The notes below the pieces were generated by a model that was not told where the DNA came from, made no database searches, and worked only from the letters and a program-made list of their open reading frames with translations. A stretch of DNA of 64,000 nt from positions 1 through 64,000 of IMG/VR virus record IMGVR_UViG_3300023116_008583. One strand, 5' to 3'. The translations under genes were made by a program, and so were the position numbers. Source of the stretch: a virus. This document shows, piece by piece, positions 58,599 through 64,000 of this stretch (the first letter of the stretch is position 1; every line of letters starts with the position of its first letter).

Positions 58599-59179
58599 TG
58601 AGAGTTGGAATCGTAGCAGGCGCATTTAAGCCTTATCACAAGGGTCATCACCGAATGGTAGAGATCGCTTGCAAGGAAAATGATGTTGTTCACGTGATAG
58701 TTTCTCTTACAGATCGAAAGAGGTCGAAACAAGTACCCGTTTCCGGCGTTCAGATGGAAAAGGTCTGGAATGATCACTTGGTTCATATTTTACCGGAAAA
58801 TGCCAAAGATAACCTAGAACTGTTACCTTCAGGCTACGCTCCAGTTAGAAAGGTTTACGAGATGCTGGAGAATGCTGCAGAATGCAATTCCTCGGATGTG
58901 TTTAATATCTACTCGGATCCTAAAGACATCGAACGCTACAATGAAAAATCCTTATCCAAGGCTTTGCCCGATAGCTTTGTCGACACCAACGTCTTTAGAA
59001 GACCAGTCAATATGAGCGAAACTGCTAACGTTAGAGGTGAAGACATGCGTAAGTGGATGGGAAGCAGAGATAAAGAGAGTTTCATCACTGGTCTTCCCGA
59101 TGGACTACCCCATGAGTCTAAGGAGAGTATCTGGTTTACTCTTGTTGGCCCCGATGTAGTTTCGTTTGGTGGATGTTAA
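58598..59179 (+). CDS. HxGH cytidylyltransferase-like nucleotidyltransferase
   Basis: AGAFKPYHKGH; RGEDMR (SxTxxR-like); ATG overlaps the upstream stop. Confidence 0.8.
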   Translation: MRVGIVAGAFKPYHKGHHRMVEIACKENDVVHVIVSLTDRKRSKQVPVSGVQMEKVWNDHLVHILPENAKDNLELLPSGYAPVRKVYEMLENAAECNSSDVFNIYSDPKDIERYNEKSLSKALPDSFVDTNVFRRPVNMSETANVRGEDMRKWMGSRDKESFITGLPDGLPHESKESIWFTLVGPDVVSFGGC

Positions 59180-59244
59180 CCATTCTTAAATTTGTGCGTA
59201 TAATGTTTTCATAATTGACATTTAACTTTATGAGGAGATCTAAA

Positions 59245-59595
59245 ATGTCTAACAAGAGAAATAACTGGGTGCCAGAGATCATGTATGAGGAATCTGCAGA
59301 AGGAGTTGCCAGCAACTTTCCTTTTATTCAAGTTCCCAAAGATGAGACGATGCCATCCCTTCTTTACATCTTTGAATCCCAAGATACGGGAGAAGTTGAA
59401 CCGGGTGCCGATGGTGAAGAACTCCCTGTTTTTGAGTGGGACATGCACCAGTACGCAGACATGGCTGTTCTTAAGTCCAATCTTCGCCCAGAGCTTTACG
59501 ATGAAGTTCGAGTTTCCCTAGGTTTGCAACCCATGGCAGAGGCCATCGCAGCAGGCCAGCAAATTACCCAGAACGTAAAAACTAACTTGGAGTAA
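59245..59595 (+). CDS. Conserved-looking hypothetical protein
   Basis: GAGGAG RBS then MSNKRNNWVPEIMYEE; approximate start. Confidence 0.5.
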   Translation: MSNKRNNWVPEIMYEESAEGVASNFPFIQVPKDETMPSLLYIFESQDTGEVEPGADGEELPVFEWDMHQYADMAVLKSNLRPELYDEVRVSLGLQPMAEAIAAGQQITQNVKTNLE

Positions 59596-59598
59596 ACC

Positions 59599-60357
59599 TT
59601 GTACATCACCAGAGACGACATTAAAAAGACGCTTACCTCTATGGTCAATTTTTACGGAGACTTAAAGGGAAGCTTTGATAAGTTTGGTATGGATCTTGAG
59701 TCTAACTTAGGCAGAAGAAACATCTTCATGTCGATGGCTCAAGAGGAGTTTCTTGCGAGGACATTGCAAGAGAAGTACGTTAATGTCGTTTCAGACGGTG
59801 CTCCTGGAATGCCCGATGTTTATATTGGTGACATTGACAAGGAGATCGAGTGCAAGCTGACAACAGTAAACAAGTCAGGAGCAATCAGCTTTCAGTCGGA
59901 TTATGAGACTCTTTTGCAAAAGGAATCTCTCGACTATTTGTACTTTATTGCTTCTCCCAGTTTTGATAAGTTCACTGTTCTGCTTTTCGAGGGATTGACA
60001 GTTGATGACTTCAGGCCCCTTTCCCCGGGGTCCCGCGGAAAGGTTGCCATGAAGAAACATGAAGGCATGAAGAAGTGCACGGTTCTCTGGGGCGGGGTGA
60101 TCAACAAGAACGAGCTCGAGATTCAAAAGATCGACAGTCTCACACAAGCCGCCCGAGACAAGTTCGACACGATCACGGAAGAAGTCACAACCAGGGCCAA
60201 GACCACCACTGCCCCGGCTCAACTTGATAAACTTAACAAACGGATCGAACAGGAGCACGGGATCTTACGTCGAAAGCTGGACCGCCTCTTGAAGAGGAAG
60301 CAGTACTGGCTCACCGACCCAGGAAAGTACTCGTTCGATCTGCACAGCGTGGTATAA
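59599..60357 (+). CDS. PD-(D/E)XK restriction-endonuclease-like protein with coiled-coil insert
   Basis: QEEF..PDVYIG..EIECKLT..DYLY. Confidence 0.6.
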   Translation: MYITRDDIKKTLTSMVNFYGDLKGSFDKFGMDLESNLGRRNIFMSMAQEEFLARTLQEKYVNVVSDGAPGMPDVYIGDIDKEIECKLTTVNKSGAISFQSDYETLLQKESLDYLYFIASPSFDKFTVLLFEGLTVDDFRPLSPGSRGKVAMKKHEGMKKCTVLWGGVINKNELEIQKIDSLTQAARDKFDTITEEVTTRAKTTTAPAQLDKLNKRIEQEHGILRRKLDRLLKRKQYWLTDPGKYSFDLHSVV

Positions 60358-60425
60358 ATCATTTGCTGTGTCATACTTAATAACGTTTGACAACACATCT
60401 TTTGTGTACACAAGGAGATTTTAAG

Positions 60426-60929
60426 ATGGATTTTAGCGCAAACAGATTAGCAGCTCTCGCTGGATTGGCTTCCTCCGAAGTTCGTCACGAGATCGTCCGT
60501 GAGCAAGCAGAGGCACTCAATGAGTCCGCTCAAGCTCGCCAAGCAGACCAGAACGAGTCCGAGGTTCGCCAGGCAGTTCGTCGCACCATTCGCAAGATGA
60601 TCGCAGAAGGTGCTTTGGACCTGGATGAGTTCACAGGTGGTTCCGTTCGTCTGATGGAAGAAGAAGAAGACATGGACGAGGGTGCAGACACCCACATGTC
60701 CTCACCGCTTCCTGAAGAAGAAGAGCAGCCAGGTGATGTTCTCGAAGAAGAGGACATGGAAGAATCTAGCTGCGGGACAATGGAAGAAGAAGAGATGATG
60801 GAAGAGGGCGACTACGACATGGAAGAAGGCATGCACGGCGACATGGAAGAGGGAACTCTCTATGAGATGGACGGCGAGCTTCACATGAAGATGGGTGACA
60901 AGACCTTTAAGCTTGTTCCTGCTGAGTAA
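60426..60929 (+). CDS. Highly acidic protein with MEE repeats (scaffold/internal-protein-like)
   Basis: ATG at 60426 after GGAG; NRLAALAGL; ESEVRQAVRRTIRKMIAE; repeated (D)MEE. Confidence 0.6.
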   Translation: MDFSANRLAALAGLASSEVRHEIVREQAEALNESAQARQADQNESEVRQAVRRTIRKMIAEGALDLDEFTGGSVRLMEEEEDMDEGADTHMSSPLPEEEEQPGDVLEEEDMEESSCGTMEEEEMMEEGDYDMEEGMHGDMEEGTLYEMDGELHMKMGDKTFKLVPAE

Positions 60930-60975
60930 ACATCTGATTCTTTACTGATTATAGTATTGGGTAAGGAGTCGCCAA

Positions 60976-61167
60976 ATGCGTCTACACCCAACTACTGTAA
61001 AAAGACTGCTAAAAATCTACGAAACCTACGGAGGTCATCGCGAGGAGACCAAGCTCTTGGAGGAGCTCTCCCGCCTTGATCTTTCCGTGTATCAGCAGAC
61101 TCAAGGTCGCCAGGACAACGTCCTGGTGTGCACTGATGAGCTGAACGAGGCGCTTCGTGGAAGGTAG
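60976..61167 (+). CDS. Hypothetical protein
   Basis: AGGAG RBS. Confidence 0.5.
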   Translation: MRLHPTTVKRLLKIYETYGGHREETKLLEELSRLDLSVYQQTQGRQDNVLVCTDELNEALRGR

Positions 61168-61576
61168 AAGATACGAGGTCGGCCAAGCCCTTTACGTGGT
61201 GATGGTCGATAAACTCAAGATCGTTCCTGTTCTCGTTGCCGAAGAAGTCGTGAGAAAGACTTTGCAAGGCGAGGAAGTGACTTATCTTGTGTGCCACAAG
61301 GAAGCCTCTGATCCGATCGATCTGAGGCGCCTGAAAGGTGACGTCTACGAGGATCTCGAAGAAGTGAAAACACTTCTGGTGGACAACGTGACACGAAACA
61401 TCACGAACATGTGTGATCAAGTTGACTCTCGCTCGAAGGAACTGAAACAGAACCTGTTCGGCGGCTCCCTCGATCGAGTTGTCACTCGAGACGTTTCCGT
61501 CGATCAACCTGAAGTGATCGAAGAAGATAACGTGTTCGTCTTGGAAGATGGCACTCGCGCTCGAGTAAAATTTTAA
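61157..61576 (+). CDS. Hypothetical protein
   Basis: YEVGQ.LYV N-terminus; LEDGTRARV terminus. Confidence 0.55.
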   Translation: MEGRRYEVGQALYVVMVDKLKIVPVLVAEEVVRKTLQGEEVTYLVCHKEASDPIDLRRLKGDVYEDLEEVKTLLVDNVTRNITNMCDQVDSRSKELKQNLFGGSLDRVVTRDVSVDQPEVIEEDNVFVLEDGTRARVKF

Positions 61577-61612
61577 TTCGTACCATACGTAGTCATGTAA
61601 TCGGAGATTTAC

Positions 61613-64000
61613 ATGCTCATTGAAGATTTTACTGATCTTGCCGCATCAGCTTTGCAAGCTGCTTCGAAGTTATCGAAAAAATTAGATCATCCACAGCCCT
61701 ATCCGGAGCACCTGCTAGTCTGCATGCTCCAGCAGGAAGACAGTCCAGTCAGGTCTATTCTCGCAAAGCTATCAATCGATCGGGAAGACCTAAGAAGAAA
61801 ACTTAATGAACATCTGACAAAGATGAAGAAGATGCCTAGCCAAAATGCGCATGAGGACACTCTCACAGTTTCTCCCCGCTTGCTTCGTGTTCTCGATCGA
61901 GCTCAACTCGAAGCGAAGGCGAAGGGCGATGCGTTCGCTAGCTCCTCCATCTTGTTTCTCCAGATGTTCTCTGAGCCCGCAGATTCTCAGCCTGCTCACA
62001 GGTACTTGCTTGAAGCCGGTGTCACGAAGGAAGCAGTTGAGAAAGAGATAGAGATCCAGCGCCAAGGCAAGAAAGTTGAGAATCGCCGAGAAGGAAGATC
62101 TTTAAAGCTTCTCTTTCAGTCAGGTAGAGAGCTGGTCTCTGAAGTTGCTTTGGGCAAGATCCCGCCTGTCATCGGGCGCGAAGATGAGATTAGAAGTGTT
62201 ATTCGAATCTTATGCCGCCGAACGAAGAACAATCCTGTCATCATCGGCAAGCCTGGTGTTGGTAAGACAGCCATCGCTCACCTCTTAGCGCACAGGATTC
62301 ATCGTGGTGACGTTCCTTCCCATCTTGAAGGGGCTAAGTTACTGCAACTGGACGTGTCATCACTCCTGTCAGGAGCATCTCATCGAGGTGATCTGGAAGA
62401 GAAGATGGCTTCTATCTTAGATCAAGTTGAGGAAGCTGCGATTCCCATCATCTTGTTTATAGATGAAATTCACATGATCTGCCCCTCTGATAACTCAAGC
62501 TCTTCGATCGCTTCCGTGCTTAGACCCTACTTGGATCGAGGCGGTGTTAGAGTGTTAGGAGCAACAACAGAAGATGAGTTTAGAAACTCCATTGAGAAAG
62601 ACACAGCTCTCGAACGCCGATTCCAGACAGTCTATGTTGAGCCTCCCACAACACGTCAAACAATGGCAGTTCTCAGAGGACTTAGAGATTCTTATGAGGC
62701 GTATCACGGCTTACAAATCAGAGACGCAGCTCTAATCTCTGCTGTAGAACTAAGCGAGAGGTACGTTCCATCCAGAAACTTGCCTGACAAAGCGATTGAC
62801 CTTGTCGATGAAGCGACAGCAAAAGTTCGTGCAGACAATACATCAGCACCGCCTGAGCTGGAATCTCTAAATCAAAAAGTAATGATCTTAGAGGTTGAGA
62901 TCGAAAGCTTAGAGAAAGAAGTAGGTGTAGATCAGCAATTATCTGAGATGAGAAAAGAGCTTGCGGGAGCCAGAGAAAAAAGAAACGCCTTGCAAGGACA
63001 GTTCGATGCTGAAAAGGCTGCAATGGATAAATTCAAGGATGCGAAATCTAAGCTGATTGATATCGAAGCCAAGATCCAAGATGCACAAGCTGTCGGAGAT
63101 GCTGTGGGCCTACAGAGATTGACAACAGTCGACAAGGTGCTAGCAACTTCAGCATTGTCTACTGCTGAGTTTGCCGTGAAATCAGCAAGGCAAAACTCTC
63201 AGATGATGAAAGATGAGATCACTCCGATGGAGATCGCTGAAGTTGTCGCCGCTTGGACTGGTATTCCTGCAGCAGATTTGAGCATGTCTGAGAAAGAGAA
63301 GCTTGCTGGCCTTGAAGGTCATCTGAATGGCACAGTGCTAGGACAGGAAAGAGCAGTCAAGGCTGTTGCTGATGCGATCGTTAGATCTCGAGCCGGCCTA
63401 TCGGATGAGACCAAGCCAATCGGATCATTCTTATTCTTAGGCCCGTCAGGTGTAGGTAAGACGTGGTTGGCAAAATGCTTGGCAAAGATTATGTTTGATG
63501 ACTACGATCACGTGGTTCGAGTTGATATGTCTGAGTACGGTGATAAGCATACAGTTTCTCGAATGGTCGGTGCTCCTCCAGGATATGTCGGTTATGAGCA
63601 AGGTGGTCAGCTCACAGAAGCAGTTCGACGCAGACCTTACTCGATTGTTCTTCTAGATGAGATTGAGAAAGCACACACAGAAGTCTTTGATGTTCTACTC
63701 CAACTCTTGGATGACGGCCGTCTTACCGACGGTCAAGGTCGTCTAATTGATTTTAAGAACACTGTCGTGATTATGACATCAAATATCGGTTCTCACATGC
63801 TTCTCGAGGCTCTTGAGAGAGACGGTGATATCACAGAAGAGACACGTGAAAAAGTTATGGATCTTCTCAAGTCCAAATACCGACCTGAGCTTCTAAACAG
63901 AATTGATGACATTGCTGTTTTTAATCCTCTGGCAGAAAACAACCTGTCAGGAATCGCGAAGAACGTTCTTGATGACATCGCCCGCCGCCTTAAGAAGAAA
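61613..64000 (+). CDS. clpB: ClpB-type AAA+ chaperone (runs off window; absent from ORF track)
   Basis: Hand translation: MLIEDFT..EHLL N-domain; [10 protein letters not shown]; [15 protein letters not shown]; LFIDEIH; ALERRFQ; [12 protein letters not shown]; coiled-coil M domain; [10 protein letters not shown]; LDEIEKAH; DDGRLTD. Confidence 0.93.
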   Translation, partial: MLIEDFTDLAASALQAASKLSKKLDHPQPYPEHLLVCMLQQEDSPVRSILAKLSIDREDLRRKLNEHLTKMKKMPSQNAHEDTLTVSPRLLRVLDRAQLEAKAKGDAFASSSILFLQMFSEPADSQPAHRYLLEAGVTKEAVEKEIEIQRQGKKVENRREGRSLKLLFQSGRELVSEVALGKIPPVIGREDEIRSVIRILCRRTKNNPVIIGKPGVGKTAIAHLLAHRIHRGDVPSHLEGAKLLQLDVSSLLSGASHRGDLEEKMASILDQVEEAAIPIILFIDEIHMICPSDNSSSSIASVLRPYLDRGGVRVLGATTEDEFRNSIEKDTALERRFQTVYVEPPTTRQTMAVLRGLRDSYEAYHGLQIRDAALISAVELSERYVPSRNLPDKAIDLVDEATAKVRADNTSAPPELESLNQKVMILEVEIESLEKEVGVDQQLSEMRKELAGAREKRNALQGQFDAEKAAMDKFKDAKSKLIDIEAKIQDAQAVGDAVGLQRLTTVDKVLATSALSTAEFAVKSARQNSQMMKDEITPMEIAEVVAAWTGIPAADLSMSEKEKLAGLEGHLNGTVLGQERAVKAVADAIVRSRAGLSDETKPIGSFLFLGPSGVGKTWLAKCLAKIMFDDYDHVVRVDMSEYGDKHTVSRMVGAPPGYVGYEQGGQLTEAVRRRPYSIVLLDEIEKAHTEVFDVLLQLLDDGRLTDGQGRLIDFKNTVVIMTSNIGSHMLLEALERDGDITEETREKVMDLLKSKYRPELLNRIDDIAVFNPLAENNLSGIAKNVLDDIARRLKKK

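Noticed and set aside
216-63978. Numerous minus-strand and nested alternative-frame ORFs in the track
   Set aside because: All shadow longer + strand genes with recognisable motifs, and none has an evident domain
1-64000. Stop-codon reassignment, as seen in some large phages
   Set aside because: Core genes are full length in the standard code, and TAA, TAG and TGA all end genes at expected positions
1-64000. tRNA or rRNA genes
   Set aside because: Intergenic gaps are short and none showed a cloverleaf or T-loop consensus by eye; tRNAscan-SE would be decisive
1-64000. Cellular chromosome origin, given the many host-like genes
   Set aside because: Tail/baseplate genes, gp32-like SSB, single-strand dense layout and absence of ribosomal or housekeeping operons indicate a phage

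Overview
A 64 kb, gene-dense segment of a large tailed dsDNA bacteriophage, myovirus/jumbo-like. All credible genes are on the + strand in the standard code. In order it carries: (i) the end of a tail module (tape measure, baseplate/tube-initiator, LysM/gp53-like, hub); (ii) a replication block (minimal family-A polymerase, degenerate HD protein, gp32-like SSB, RecA, dUTPase, 5'-3' exonuclease, DnaB-like helicase, class II RNR, later DinG helicase and DnaE); (iii) host-type genes (ClpP, PLP aminotransferase, RseP, IMPDH/GMPR, SOD, PCD, FtsZ/tubulin, and a ClpB that the ORF track misses because it runs off the window); (iv) two paralogous fibre-like genes, each preceded by a copy of the aminotransferase 3' end; and (v) many nucleotide-metabolism enzymes. 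Two candidate systems stand out. The first is a dispersed pyrimidine (probably cytosine) DNA-modification pathway. It centres on a kinase-thymidylate-synthase-fold fusion carrying the dCMP-type Asp, a ThyX-like flavoprotein with altered catalytic motifs, tandem all-alpha NTP pyrophosphatases and two NDP-sugar epimerases. The second is a set of unrelated enzymes (NTase-nuclease, ADP-ribosyltransferase, SOD, HAD, PCD) and acidic proteins sharing short 'LRxLIRExLxE'-type and 'NRxxxLAG[IL]'-type peptides, often behind an ATAnTTA motif; these may be capsid-loaded, protease-processed cargo. All functional calls come from motifs read by eye, and no database searches were run.
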